From assembly GCA_012295275.1 (NCBI GenBank), contig CM022677.1, positions 25,048,001 through 25,112,000 on the forward strand: 64,000 bases of DNA, in the 5' to 3' direction. The notes under the pieces were generated by a model that searched no databases, was not told the DNA's origin, and saw only the letters and a list, made by a program, of their open reading frames with translations. A program made the translations under genes and the position numbers. Positions 1-57,181 of this stretch are shown one piece after another. Origin of the DNA: Chrysomallon squamiferum (Eukaryota; Animalia; Mollusca). Position 1 is the first letter of the stretch. The number at the start of each line of letters is the position of its first letter.

Positions 1-204
1 ATGAACAAAAAATGTATTTATTTATTTATTGATTTACTTCCTTATTTATTTATTGGCTTAAATATTTATAGTTTTCTCATTAATTTTACATAAGCATACA
101 GAGACACAGACATTGTTTTTCTTCAAATTTATACATCTTGGTGATATGTAAAGTAGCACACATGCGTGCTTGTGTGTTTCTTTGTGTTTGTTTCTTGTTT
201 TCTT

Positions 205-243
<39 letters not shown>

Positions 244-413
244 AAAACAAAATTTTTTATGCCGATGAGACAAGGCGCAATGCAAACCCAAGTGTTTGTA
301 TTTTCACTATTCAAAACACACATAATGTCATTATTTTACGCTAACATTTCTTTATTTATTTATATATTTATTTATGTACTTACTTAATTACTGATTGAGA
401 GAGACAGACAAAC

Positions 414-497
<84 letters not shown>

Positions 498-697
498 TTT
501 TTGTTAACCTTTTAAGCTACTACAAAAATATTTGTTTTCCCGCATACTCTAACTTAATACTGACATTTTATCAGCTATTAATAAACAAACTAAACTGCAG
601 TGAGACAGAACTGTATCTACACTACCTACTAAACCAGACATTAATTGTAAAATAAAATATCTCTGGTGTTAATTTATTCGTTAAAAACATCCACGAT

Positions 698-1139
698 TAA
701 TATATTTTGACACTGTGTCGCTTAAACGATGCAGTGAATTCTTTTAAATTGTTTCTATAAACAGCTTAACTGCAGTTTATTGATCGAAAGCGTCATTCAA
801 AAGGGAAATAAAATAACAGTTACATCAAGACCGAAGACGTTTATGTCAGTTAAAGAACGTTAACGACGACGTCATTGTCCAGATCAAATGACTCAGGTGT
901 ATTTTAATGTCCTTATTATGGGTGCCAAAATGACCAGAGTAGATAAAAAGTTCAGCGGTGAAGAAAATGGAAACAATTCTTTCTTTCTCACTGGATAAAG
1001 CAATTTTTATTGGTCCGTCATTGTGTCTTCGTTTTTATGTATTTTTGCTGATTATGTAGTGTGTATGTTTGTGTGCGTGCTTGAGTGTATGGTGTGTGTG
1101 TGTGGTGTGTGTATGTTTGTGTGCGTGCTTGAGTGTATG

Positions 1140-1170
<31 letters not shown>

Positions 1171-1485
1171 CGCGCGCGCGCGCGCTCTTATCTATATGTG
1201 TGTGTGTACACTTGTCGAGGTCATACAGAGATACAAACCACATATATATATATTCGGATATATGCAAACATACTAACATACACACACTCGTGTATATATA
1301 TCTATAATATTACAATTCTTTAATTAAATAAAGTTACAATTGTAAATATAAGAGATATGTTATATTCTGCTGCAGTTGTGATGTTCGTGATTGGCCATCG
1401 CAGTTAGCTTTATAGATAGAAGGACAAAGAGACAGCTATATATAGATATTTGAACAGATAGATAGTTGAACACACACATATATAT

Positions 1486-1575
<90 letters not shown>

Positions 1576-2211
1576 AAATAGATAACAGGCACACGGACAC
1601 AAAGATATATTTATTTATACACGTGTTCATTTATTCGTTCATTTAGTCTGAATTTGGTTTATTAGAAAAAAAAAAAAAACACCTGAATCTACCACAGTAA
1701 CTTTGGACTAATATTAATTATCTAATATTATAAATGTACCGATATTTTGAAGAATAGTTTTAGAGAGAGAAAATGTTTTAAAGGTTTCGATTATGCACTT
1801 TCCTGTCTTTGTATAGGTAATCTGTAGAGAGAGAGAGAAAGATAAAAAAAGATCCAACCCCTCAAACTACCATGTAGATTAAAGAAGCAGTATAAGATTA
1901 ATAAAGGTTGATTTATCCAGGGAAAAAGAAAGAATTGTTTCGATTTTCTTCACTGTTGAAGTTTTTATCTACTTTGTTCATTTTGCCACCCATGATAAGG
2001 ACATTAAAATACACTTGTGTCATTTGATCTGGACAGTGACATTGTCTGTGATGTACTTTAATTGACATAAATGTCTTCGGTCTGCATGTAACTGTTATTT
2101 TATTTCCATTTTGAATGACGGCTCAAAACCGATAAATTTCATTATAGCTGTTCATAGTAACTTTTAAAAGAATTGAATGCAGTGTTTAAGCAATATAAGT
2201 AAAATATATTT
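698..2211. mobile_element. Long imperfect inverted repeat (~310-bp arms at ~698-1010 and ~1900-2211): foldback/non-autonomous DNA element or two opposed copies of a dispersed repeat
   Basis: gtccagatcaaatgactcaggtgtattttaatgtccttat (~878-917) is the reverse complement of ataaggacattaaaatacacttgtgtcatttgatctggac (~1995-2034); homology extends across both arms. Confidence 0.6.
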
Positions 2212-2254
2212 ATATCGAAATGCAGAGTAACTTGAACTGAAAGACTTTAAAAGG

Positions 2255-2356
<102 letters not shown>

Positions 2357-2564
2357 CTACCTACCTACCTATATTTATTTTAATTTTTTTATATGATTGT
2401 TCAAAGATTTATTGAGAAATGAATCATTCTTCTTAATTTTATTAATTTTGTACTAATCATCATCCTTTTAATATTTGTATTCATAATCTTCATCAGTCAG
2501 TATTTTTATTTATTTATTATTATATTTTTTTGTTGTTTTAGAATCTTATTATAATAAGCATTCA

Positions 2565-3696
2565 GATATTTATAACTATATATTAACTGATTAATCTGGT
2601 CTAAATCTTGTCTAAAGATATATATAACTGTACAGTAACTGATTCAGTTCGTCTAAACCTTGTCTACAGATATTTATAACTGTATATTAACTGATTAGTC
2701 TCGTCTAAATCTTGTCTAAAGATATTTATAACTATATTAACTGATTAATCTCGTCTAAACCTTGTCTAAAGATATTTATAACTATATTAACTGATTAATC
2801 TCGTCTAAATCTTGTCTAAAGATATTTATAATTATATTTACTGATTAGTCTCGTCTAAATCTTGTCTAAAGATATTTATAACTGTATATTAACTGATTAA
2901 TCTCGTCTAAATCTCGTCTAAGATATTTATAACTGTATTAACTGATTAATCTCGTCTAAACCTTGTCTAAAGATATTTATAACTATATTAACTGATTAAT
3001 CTCGTCTAAATCTTGTCTAAAGATATTTATAACTGTATATTAACTGATTAATCTCGTCTAAATCTTGTCTAAAGATATTTATAACTCTATATTATCTGAT
3101 TAGTCTGGTCTAAATCTTGTCTAAAGATATTTATAACTGTATATTAACTGGTTAATCTCGTCTAAACCTTGTCTAAAGATATTTATAACTGTATATTAAC
3201 TGATTAATCTCGTCTAAATCTCGTCTAAGATATTTATAACTATATTAACTGGTTAATCTCGTCTAAACCTTGTCTAAAGATATTTATAACTGTATATTAA
3301 CTGATTAATCTTGTCTAAAGATATTTATAACTGTATATTAACTGATTAATCTCGTCTAAATCTTGTCTAAAGATATTTATAACTATATTAACTGATTAGT
3401 CTCGTCTAAATCTTGTCTAAAGATATTTATAACTGTATATTAACTGATTAATCTTGTCTAAATCTTGTCTGAAGATATTTATAACTGTACATTAACTGGT
3501 TAATCTCGTCTAAACCTTGTCTAAGGATATTTATAACTGTATATTAACTGATTAATCTTGTCTAAAGATATTTATAACTGTATATTAACTGATTAATCTC
3601 GTCTAAATCTTGTCTAAAGATATTTATAACTGTCTATTAACTGATTAATCTTGTCTAAATCTTGTCTAAAGATATTTATAACTGTATATTAACTGA

Positions 3697-3720
<24 letters not shown>
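2565..3720. repeat. Minisatellite, ~50-52 bp unit (aactgattaatctcgtctaaatcttgtctaaagatatttataactgtatatt), ~23 copies
   Basis: Direct reading of tandem units; the terminal unit overlaps the gene A stop codon. Confidence 0.95.
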
Positions 3721-12718
<8,998 letters not shown>

Positions 12719-13048
12719 TCTTCTAGATCTGTCTTTATCTGAAAAACACACAAACACTGACAGTCAATACAAATACAGCAACATCCACACAGAATTCTTA
12801 TCTTTAACTGAAATATACAACACTGAAACAACAATGACCTTTCAGATAATACATTCTACTGAAATGAATAACCTATCTTATTTTATTTTATTTTATTTTG
12901 TTTTATTTTGTTTTGTTTTGTTTTATTTTTATTTTTTTGTTCTTTGTTTAATGCTTTGAACAGATGTCGCTCTGGGCAACTTTTTAATGTTTATTTAATT
13001 TTCTATTTTTCTATTTATTTATTTAAATTTTGTTTGCTTGTTTATTTG

Positions 13049-13141
<93 letters not shown>

Positions 13142-14608
13142 ACTTTTCCATATATATATTTGTGTTTTCGCTTACATTCTATTTCGTCAGGTCTATTTTA
13201 AATTTTTTTAAATTATCATTATTATCATCATCATCATCATCACCACCACCATCATCATTATCATCACCTTTATCATTTTTATTATTACTATTGTTATATA
13301 ATTATAATTATAATAATTATTATTATTGTTGTTGTTGTTGAAGTTGCTGTTGTTACTGCTGCTGTTGTTGTTGTTTATGTTGCTGATAGGAAAAAAGAGC
13401 CTTTGCACTAAGCTTTCGGCTAATTGATATAAATCCAGTAACTGCTCATTTTGACATTTCTTATTCAAGATACAATTCTCAAAACTGAAGACTTTTTTTG
13501 ATTTTACTTTCCCTTTGTTATCTTTTTGTCTTTTTTTTTACTTACGATAATATTAGGTGTGACACACACACAGTGACATAGAAAAAGAAGAAACTGCACT
13601 AAATCAAAATAAAATAAAATGAAGAAAAAACTTAATCTGAGTTATGAAGGAGACACAAAATGAAAACGTTTGACATGTTGTTCTCATTACCTTTTAACAG
13701 CACGTGTAAAAGCAGAGATGAATGTTGAAATGCTAAATGCACTGAATGTAAAAACAATATTTTATACCAGTGAAAATTATTATAAAAAAACAACAAATTG
13801 TATATTATGAAATTACTGTTTGATCAGTGAAATAAGCTGGAATATTTTAAACATAACTTTAGTTTTCTAGACATCAAAAACAAATAAAAATAAATTTGTT
13901 TTCATATATATATATATATATATATATGAATTTGTTTTTTGTTGTAAAAACAGAGATAGGAAGACTATAAACATATACAATAGTAGCAGTAACGACAATA
14001 AAAATAGTATTGTATGTACTAATAGTATACGTCCAGTAAAAACAAATTAATGAAAATGATGAATAAAAAATAAAACGTACCCGAACATGGATGGTAAAAC
14101 TGGCGGTGATCGCAGGTGGGTGAAATAACACACAAAGTTTGGCAACGTTCTAACAACTGTTAAGAAAGATCTAGAATGTTACCTTTGCGAGAGTTTGCTT
14201 TCGAACTAACCACCACGTTTCAATTTCTTTAAAGAAGGTTCAAATTTAAATAACACACTTGCAATCTGCGAACGTAGCGGATATTGAAAAGATGTTTTAC
14301 TGAGTAGGAAAACATTGTTGACTGTGATAAAATATACAAAAGCTTTGATCTTTGGAAGTTTGCTGATGGACTTCCTGTCTAGCAAAAGGTACATGAAGAA
14401 AGAAATGTTGCATTTTATCCAGAAATTACTTCTAAATGAATAATATATACATAAACCTCTCAAAAAATTACATTACGCTAATGTGATTATCTTTGTAAAT
14501 TGTAGAAAATTTTGATAAGAAAAATTTAATAACAATTTAAAGCCTTCCATGATGACAATGAAAGAAATTATAGTTTAGGTATGTTTTGATGAATACGATT
14601 CCTAAATA

Positions 14609-14656
<48 letters not shown>

Positions 14657-15783
14657 ATCTACAAAATATATTACGCTTTGTGAATCAGATACAACAGATA
14701 TGTTAATGTTACTACTTTTTTAAATTATTGAGCAGTTTAATAAGTAAAATTTAATAACAAATTAAAGTCTTCCATAATTTCTAAATAGTTCGAGATGAAA
14801 CCCAGATTTTAGACTAAGAAAACAAGCATGGAAACAGGATCAACTTTGATGGGTCAGCAGGATTATTTCATTGACCATTAAGAAATCAGCCATGTTGGAT
14901 TTCGAAATTTGATATTCTGTGCAGATACGAAGTAGGATTCCTTTTTAATTTACATTATCATCAACATCAAGGAATTAGTGCATCGTCACCAAAAAATAAT
15001 GTAATGAGGACTTCTTGAAAATTGTCACAGACAGGGGTTAGTTTTAAGAACATGTTATAAAACACTGATTTAACTGTGGAATGACCTCCACTTGAATGAA
15101 ACTTTAGAGTCCGCTTGGATATGTAAATTAATTATGTAAAGACAATCTACAGATATTCCATATAGTGCATGTTTCAACTTAAATTTTGCAGACTAACAAG
15201 AAATAATATAACCCCTTGAATTCTATTTTTTTTCTTTTATAATTTGTAGAAAACACGCTGGGATGAATTTCTGGTGCCAGACCATTTCAAGGTGATGTCA
15301 TCCAAGATCAGGTTTAATAGGAAATAAAAGTCAAAAGATCATCATCACTTAAGTTATCCTTAGGTAACAGATATAACAATTATTTTTTATTTTCTTTATT
15401 TATTTCCACTTATTTATTAATTATTATTATTACTTTCTGTTTTGAATCCGATTCAAATAAACTCTCCTGAAATTCCTGTTACAGCAAGATTGATGTTTTT
15501 TTTTATCTAGAAATGCTTCTGAATTAAGAAAAAAAATAATATAATAAAAATAACCTTCTCCAAAACAAATTACGTTTTGCTAATCAAATTGAACAGTTTT
15601 AAAATTATTGAACAGTTTGTTAAGACAAACATTATATAACATGAATTTTTTTTGTCAGTAAAAACTAAACGATGAATATATAAGAAAAATAACGAAACGG
15701 TCTCACATTTCAGCAGAGCAATGAAAGATAAAAACACATGAAATATTTTGACAGTTTATTGTTTTAAACTTGTAGAGCGAATT

Positions 15784-28265
<12,482 letters not shown>

Positions 28266-29069
28266 TCTTCTTTTTCTGATATGTGAAATATTTTCTTTAA
28301 TAGGAAAATCAAAATGAATTACATACACAAAGAACATGACTAAATATAAACACACACACAGACAGAGACTCGCACTTTTTCTTTTTGAATTGTCTTTAAT
28401 TATTTCCTTTTTGTTATTAATAATATAATATAATATAATATAATGTAATATCATATAATATAATGTAATATAATATAATATAATGTAATGTAATATAACA
28501 TAATATAATATAATATAATATAATTTACTTCTTTACTTATCAGTTCGTCTGGGTGTTTGTTTGTTTGTTTGTTTGTTTGTCTGTTTGTTTCTTTATTAAA
28601 TCATTTATTGTTTTGTTATCGTTCTTCATATATTTATTTAATGTATTTGGTATAATACAAAGAAAAGTTTTATATCTATATTGGTGTTACAGATGAAACT
28701 GCGCTGACTGTCTTTTACGCTTTTTCCCTCAATCCTATAAATACATGTTTTTGATATGAGATATAAACGAACATTTTCCAGCGTAGAAGATACATTTTAT
28801 TCTCATTTCAGAATGTTTGTATTACATTTTTATTTTTTTATTATTATTTTTTTTTTATTTACTTTCTAGAACATTATAAAAATCAGTTTAAGACGCAACA
28901 TTTTACAAAAATCCAGTTCCCAAAAATGGCCACCATATATTAGCGAAACCCTAGCCAGCATCAAGTAACTGATGACTAAACAGAATTACTGGTAACACAA
29001 CCGGTGTATCTACATGGACAAATCATTTTATTACATTCGTAATTTTAAGAAGACTAACTGTGTAGATAG

Positions 29070-29215
29070 TGACGTAATTTATGTTATATTACTTACTGTT
29101 TTAGTAATCTCCAAGAGGATGATGACGTCATTCAAATTATGTTACTGTCTTAGCGGACTGCCAAGTAGATTATGACGTCATTTAAGTTACATTACTGCTT
29201 TAGTAGATGACGTCA
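29070..29215. promoter_or_regulatory. Cluster of CRE/ATF sites (3x TGACGTCA, 1x TGACGTAA) in the divergent B/C intergenic region
   Basis: TGACGTCA at 29123, 29173, 29208; TGACGTAA at 29070; carried on a degenerate ~50-bp repeat. Confidence 0.5.
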
Positions 29216-29268
29216 TTTAGTAGAATGTTTACACTGAAGACCTTTTTTCATTTTCCTTCATGTTGTTG

Positions 29269-29317
<49 letters not shown>

Positions 29318-29859
29318 CTTATATAATTTTCTTTATTTTTAACTTTTTCTGCGATCAGCAAAATTTCTAAAGCTCATACACATAAAATAGATAACAAACA
29401 AATAAATAAATAAATAAATAAAAGAAGAACAACAAATTTTAAAAATCATAAAATCCCCGAGCTAAACAAACACACACACACACACACACACAAAATTGTC
29501 ATAATTCTATTAGCTTAATTAAATTTAAAAAGAAAAACATAAACATGAGAAATGATAACATTACCTTCTAACAGCAACTTTGTAAGTTGAGACGAAACTG
29601 GAAATACATATCTTACAGAACGAAATAATATTTTGTACCAGCAGAAATTAGGATATATTTAAGTTGAGCATTACATAATTATTACATAACGAGAAAAAAA
29701 AAAACGTTTAAAATATATTATAATGTTCTGTATCAAAACATTGCATACAAATGTAGGTAAATAAAAAAAAAAAAAAATAGAAATAAAATTGTAAAACTAT
29801 ATTCCAAAATATGTGTTGAATAATAATAATAATAATAAAAAATTAAAACAACACCAAAA

Positions 29860-30068
29860 TTACCAGAAACTAATGATGGCTCTGTGAGTACTTAGAACTG
29901 CAAACCATTCAGTTATCTCTTCAACGTTCACATTGAAACTCCAGATATTTACATCCTCATTGGTGGACAAGTTGCCGTCAATAGCAAGCCAAGAAGGATT
30001 TTTTCCAGCGTCAAAATTTGGTCCATTCCTATCACGCTGCATGGGAACAGTGAGAAGCCAGTTTCGAT
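29860..30068 (-). pseudogene. Orphan inverted copy of gene C domain-4 N-half exon
   Basis: Near-identical to 39951-40160 in reverse orientation, including the acceptor and upstream (GA)n. Has a Cys->Trp change, a 12-nt deletion, a divergent 3' end and a stop; no partner exons nearby. Confidence 0.85.
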
Positions 30069-30105
30069 CTAAAAACAACAACAACATGTATATACATGCA
30101 AACAT

Positions 30106-30189
<84 letters not shown>

Positions 30190-30206
30190 CTATCTATTTA
30201 TAGACT

Positions 30207-30247
<41 letters not shown>

Positions 30248-30600
30248 GCTGCTGCTACTACTACTACTACCTATACTGTGTTAATTACGTCGTATAATTA
30301 CTCTTATTAGTACTATACTTCAACTGTACTGCTAGTAGTAATACTGCTACTATGAATGTCACCGCTATCAGCAGATGAATAATAATAATGAAAGTAGGTC
30401 ATTTAAATAAATGAAAGTAACAAAACAACTGCACAACAATTTACAAAGCAGTATTGAGCTGGATGTTTTTCTTTTTCTCTTAGTTTGAGAATTACTGCTT
30501 TTTAAATGTTTGGTTCACAGTATGATCAACCAAATGACCTGCGACTAGAGCTGAAATTTAATAAGGCAATAATAATATTAACAACAACAACAACAACAAC

Positions 30601-30633
<33 letters not shown>

Positions 30634-31524
30634 TGTCTTACCCTTGTCTAAATGATATTTTTTTTTATCAGGCCATCAAAATCTTACTGGTTGCCAAAAA
30701 TTTCCCATCGAATTATATGATTTTATCCTTTTTTTAGCTAAGCTGATTTTTTAATTTAATGTTCTGTGCTGTTTGATATAAGCTCTGCTCTGTCTTAAAT
30801 AAATAAATAAATAAATAAATAGGCAGATAGATAGAGAGACAGACAGACAGACAGATAGATATATTTTTGAATATTAGGCAACGAGTTCACATCCGTTCAT
30901 ACAAACATACTTTTTCATTTAAACTCTTATTTATTTATTTATTTTTTTATTTTGTATATTTGTTTTCATTAATTCATTTATATATAGCGTTATTGCTACC
31001 TTGTCACTTTTGAAACATTTCTGGGTTTTTTTGTTCAGTGATCATTTATTATTCATGTATTTATTTTATTATTTTGTAACAAACATATGGCGAATATAGC
31101 ACGATATACATCTTTGTTTTATTGGGTTGTCGTTCTTTGAAAAGTGTGTATCTGTTTATTTTTATTTTTATTACTGAAGTGGTTGTTGTTGTTGCTGTTA
31201 TCACATGTTAATGTCACTGTACATTTCGAGTAATCTTTGTAAACATTTACTACTCAGTTTCAGTTTATTATTAAAAAAAACCCATCACAGATGTATTTTT
31301 CTTTTATTACTGCTAGGCTAGATATTACCAGTGATGTTTATTATGTATGTATGTGTATTTATTAAACTGAAATATTTGATTTTTTTCAATACATAGACTG
31401 ATACATTTCTTTTTGTCGTAAGTTCATTGCTCACATCTGTTTGATTATTGTACTCTTTTTTTTCTTTTTTTTTCACAGCTGTTAATGACGGTATTTCCCG
31501 TTCTAGCTTGCACCTGGAGCGACA

Positions 31525-42327
<10,803 letters not shown>

Positions 42328-42559
42328 AACACGCTCTAAACTCTATAATACAAGGTTTAAATAATAAAAAAAACATCAAGATTTCTCACGTGCTTGTCTT
42401 CCGTTTTAGTCTTTCCAAAAGTATAAAAATGTATTTAATTAATAACTTCTGCAGGAATTTCTATGGTGTTAATAAAGCAGACGAAGAAAATCTAATTGTA
42501 AGATAATTTATGAGTTTTTTCTTTGTAAACGGCAGTGTGTGTGGCTTGCTCACTGCAAC

Positions 42560-42740
42560 AGTAAAGTATGACTTTCTCATTGTAAAACGGAAATTTGTGA
42601 CTTTCTCACCGCAACAATAAATTATGACTTTCTCATTGTAACGATAATTTATGACTTTCTCACCTCAACAGTACATTATGACTATCTCACAGTAACGATA
42701 ATTTATGACTTTCTCATTGTAACGATAATTTATGACTGCA
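42560..42740. repeat. Diverged copies of the same 27-bp family, downstream of the gene C stop
   Basis: atttatgactttctcattgtaacgata units. Confidence 0.85.
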
Positions 42741-43716
42741 TGATATCTGTATAAATGAGAACCTTGCTGCGTTCTTCAAATTAAGTAAAAAAGTTCTGGA
42801 AAATAGATTACATTTTGAAGGTTTACTCTACTCTTTTAAGTGAAACTGTGTTATTTAGCGTGCTGACATCACTGTTTTGTGACAGGCTTAGCATAGGAAT
42901 ACACATACAGCGTAGGGTTTCTGTTTAAAGTGCGGAGTCTAGTATTGGAATTAGGCTTAGCGTTGCGATCAGGTTAGATTAGACCTAACATTATGTTAGA
43001 CTTTAGGTTTAGTGTCAAGGTCATACGACTAGGATCAGAATTAGAGTAGCGATTAGTGTTAGGTTTTCGGATACGGTTGAGATTAGAATAGGACTATGTT
43101 TAGGTTAAGGATTAACATTATGTGGTTAGGCTGAGGATTAAGGTGAATGTAAAATGTAATCGTGCATTAACATTATAATGAATAAAAGCATCAGTAAAAT
43201 AATTCAAATATTGACTGAAATTTAAAAAAAAAAAAATTAAATGCAGTAATTTGAAATACATAGATATGAATTGTGTAAGATATATATAATTATATATTTT
43301 ATATGAAATAAAGATATAAAGGTAAATATTTGTTTATATTGTTATGTTTATTAATAAAAGTAAAATAAACTACACTAATAATAATACAAAAATAAACAAT
43401 AAAACAAACAAACAAACAAACAAACACAGAAACTAGCAAACAGACATACATAGAAATAGATGGATAGACAAAGAGGGAAAGACAATATACAAAAGAAATA
43501 AACGCACAAATAGACATACAACCATATACACTGACAGACAGACTGACAGATTAACAAACACTCAGATAGAAAGATAGATATATATACAGACCGACCGACA
43601 GAAAAAACAGGTAGACAAAATGGGTACATGACATCAGCCTACGTATCTCACAAAAATAAACACGAAGAAAAGAGAATATTTTTATGTTTAATTGTTAAAT
43701 GAATGTTGAGCGTATT

Positions 43717-53441
<9,725 letters not shown>

Positions 53442-54264
53442 TTTCGTTACAAACTGCCAAAATAAACAACAATAAATAGAAATTAATAGCAATTACTATA
53501 AACATACACAAATTATGTCTACAAAGTATATAAATTAAAAACATTTAAACACTGATTACAGGTAAATAAATATATGAATAAAAAAAAAATTTAAACGGCG
53601 AGTATATAATCATAAATAAATAAATACAGTTTTCCAGTTTTGCACTGACAGACAGACCTACGTATAAACAGACCTGATAAACAATGAATATAGAACTTAA
53701 AAACAAAGAAGAAGAAAACAAAATAATAATAAAAAAAAATAAAATAAAATAAAATAAAATAAAATAATATAAAATAAATGATTAAATAAATAAATAAAAA
53801 TCAACATTTTAAAATATTAGTTTGTTCCGTCGTTTTTGTTGTTTTATTTATTTGTTTTTGTTTTTTTATTAATTAAATTATTTATTTACTTTTTGCAATG
53901 CACATATGAGAATGACATGTTATTCGCTTGCTAAACCCTTTTTTAACTTATGTGTTTATATTACATAAACATTACATAATGATAAACAAAGCTAACGTTT
54001 CTATTTTCTGTTTATTTGTTATGTTTTTTAATGTTTATTTATTTAATTTTGTTTATTTAGTTGCATTTTTTTATTCGTTTGTTTGTGTGTTCCTTTATTT
54101 ATTTATTTATTTGTTTGTATGTATATTAATTAATTAATTTATTTGTTTCTTTGTTTATATGTGTATTTATTTATTTATTTATTTATTTATTTGGTTTTTT
54201 GTTTGGTTGTTAGCTTTTTGCTTTGTTTATAAGTTCATTTATTTTTTTCTTTATCAATCAGTCA

Positions 54265-54344
<80 letters not shown>

Positions 54345-54539
54345 ATCTACCTTCCTACCTACCTACCTAATTACCTATCTATCTATCTATTTATTTCCTT
54401 TGTCTCTATAAACACATGAACATGTATGCACATCGCTGTTTTGAACAGTAACAAGAAATGTATTTCAGTAAATATTCTCATGCTTGATATGAAAAATTAT
54501 AATAGCCTGAACATAACAATATGTTAATGTTTAAAAAGA

Positions 54540-54965
54540 ATATGTAACATGTACAATATTTCTGATAGTGTAGAAAAATATACAAGATTTCAAGAAAAAA
54601 TGTCAAGAGATATACAACATTTCAATGTATAATATAACGTTTGTAATAATCTAGAAAACTATGCAATATTTCAAATAGTCAAGTGAATATTTTCAGTGCA
54701 TCAATATTTCTAATATTCTAATGCTATACAATATTTCAGCGTCTAGAATGATATATAATAGTCCAGAAAGATTTGGAATATTCACACAGCCAGCAAGATA
54801 TACAATATTTGTAAAAAGTCTAGAAAGAAATGCAATATTTGAAAATATCTGGAATAGTCTAGAAAAATATATAGTATTTCAAATAGTCTAGAAAGATAAA
54901 ATAGTCAAACGAAATTTGAAATATTTTAAAGATTCTAGAAAGATTTGCAATATTTGTAATAGACT
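54540..54965. repeat. Degenerate ~30-bp tandem repeat (tctagaaaa.tatacaatatttcaaatag)
   Basis: Recurring tctagaaa / caatattt motifs. Confidence 0.6.
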
Positions 54966-55296
54966 ATTTGTAACTTCCCCAACACAGCAACATTATGAAC
55001 TCAACAAATGATACGAAAATTACAGCAACAATACCAGTACCATAATAACTCAAAAGAAATAGTTTAACAAGAATTCAATCTGAAGTAATTAATTAACCTG
55101 CAGCAAAATTGTTATGAAACAAAATAATGTTAGAAAAGGTAAGTTTGTGTTTCTTTACTGGCTTTTGTTCTTGTTTGCTTTTAAGTTTTCGTCTTTGTTT
55201 TTTTGTTTTTTTTATTTATTTACTTTTATTTTGTTTTGGTTCATTTTTAATGTGCATAGGTATGACTGTGTGTATGTTTATAGATTAATATGTATG

Positions 55297-55330
<34 letters not shown>

Positions 55331-55639
55331 TGTCTGTATGTATGTATGTATGTATGTATGTATGTATGTATGCATGTATGTATGCATGTATGTATATATG
55401 TTTGTATATCTACATGTATCTATGTATGTGTATAGTAAGTATGTTTTTCTGTGCACTGTTAAAATGTTAACTACTTCTTCTGTGGAATAAAATAATATGT
55501 AAACAAATTTACACAAAATTTACATAATTATTTACTCTGTTACATAGTCCTGTCACATAAATCAGAGACGTAAAACTTTTAAAATGAAATTAAAGAAAAA
55601 AAAAGAGATAAACAAACTCATAAAACCCATATGTAGGTA

Positions 55640-55758
<119 letters not shown>

Positions 55759-56969
55759 TTATTTTATTTATTTATTTATTTATATTTATTTACTTAATTT
55801 TGGCATCTATATATCTATGTTTGAATATTCTAAACGTCATTCATAATTTTGTCTTAACATTCATTGAATGTGCACATGTGGTCCATAAGGTCAAAACGAG
55901 CATATTATTCAAAATAGCTTAATCTATTAACCATTCAGATTAAATGAATAGGAAATATTATTTAAAATAACGAAGAAAAATGTACAATATCTGAATTAGT
56001 ATTGAGTAATAATTACAATATTGTAAACTATTATAAAATGGTAGTAACAGTAATGTTAGCAGTCACTGTAGCACTAGTAGTAATTTTATTAGAAGAGCAG
56101 TAGTATTATTAGTAATACTAACAGTAATACCAGTATTAACAGACACCTGTTCGTTAATTTATATCACTTCTTCTTCTTCTTTTTTTTTTTTTTTTTTTTT
56201 TTGTTGCAAATATTGCATTTGTTGTGATGTTTCTATTTCAGAATATTAACGAGCTTAGATTTCCACGTGAATATATTCTGTAATTTAATTATAATTTTTC
56301 CAGCTATATTTAATACAATTTCTGATATTTTATTAAAGATTAGGCTATCCATTAATCTGACTCTATCAAATTCTATATAAAATTGTTCAGTCGAAGGTAA
56401 CTTTTTATCTAATCTTTGTTTTTAAACCGTCCCTGGTACTAAGTAGCCATTTATATTTGTTTTCTCTCTTTCTTTCTTCTTATGATTTCAGACCATTGTA
56501 AATATCGTTTTAAAATTACGTTTATTAGCAAGTGCTAAAGTAGTCTATTTTCCTATAGCTTCAGTTTTCTAACGGTAATTATTAAACAAATTTCACATTA
56601 TTGTTGTTGCTGCTCTTATTGAAAAAGTTTACATAGTCATTAATCTAACTATTTATTTATTGATCAGTTTTATTATTTTTGTATATTATTTCATATTCAT
56701 AACTACTGTATAGATAGGAAGAATAAATAAAGAATATTACCCTCTCACACAGATAACTATAATCTATATAAATATATCTATAGCTATATATATATACATA
56801 TAAATGTATACGCACACACACACACACATTCACAGAAGCATACATCTAACACAATAAAATTATATATTTAAACCCAAATAGTTAATTAGAAGCTTATCAC
56901 TGCATCACTATTAGGAGACATGAGAAGGAAGAACCAGAAAATGCTTTGATGTTTTATTTTAAATTTATA

Positions 56970-57181
56970 TTAATAATCGTAGAACGTATCTACCGGACTA
57001 CCGTACACTTGTACCTCACACAAGTAGAGGTAGATGAACGGTGAATGTCTAACAACCTTTATAATTTTTCCAAACGGTGGTTCGTCGAACTTTAATTCAA
57101 TGGGCACACCAGACTGGATGTTTTCATCATGAAACTGTCTAAAGTCATCCACACAGAAATAAAAGCCAACGAACATTTTAT
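56970..57181 (-). CDS. Gene E last exon (domain 4 C-half)
   Basis: KMFVGFYFCVDDF..SGVPI..YLYLCEVQVYGSPVDTFYDY*. Confidence 0.88.

Noticed and set aside
58-1602. HTHT, ERER, CVCV and SLSL ORFs (and similar YLSI, YIYI and IIII ORFs throughout the window)
   Set aside because: Di-, tri- and tetranucleotide microsatellite translations.
14040-14780. Higher-complexity stretch with a long poly-A (~14610-14654) and a ~30-bp direct repeat (14521/14746); possible retrocopy or transposon relic
   Set aside because: No recognisable protein motif in the frames I read, and the repeats do not directly bracket the poly-A as a target-site duplication would. It needs a database search.
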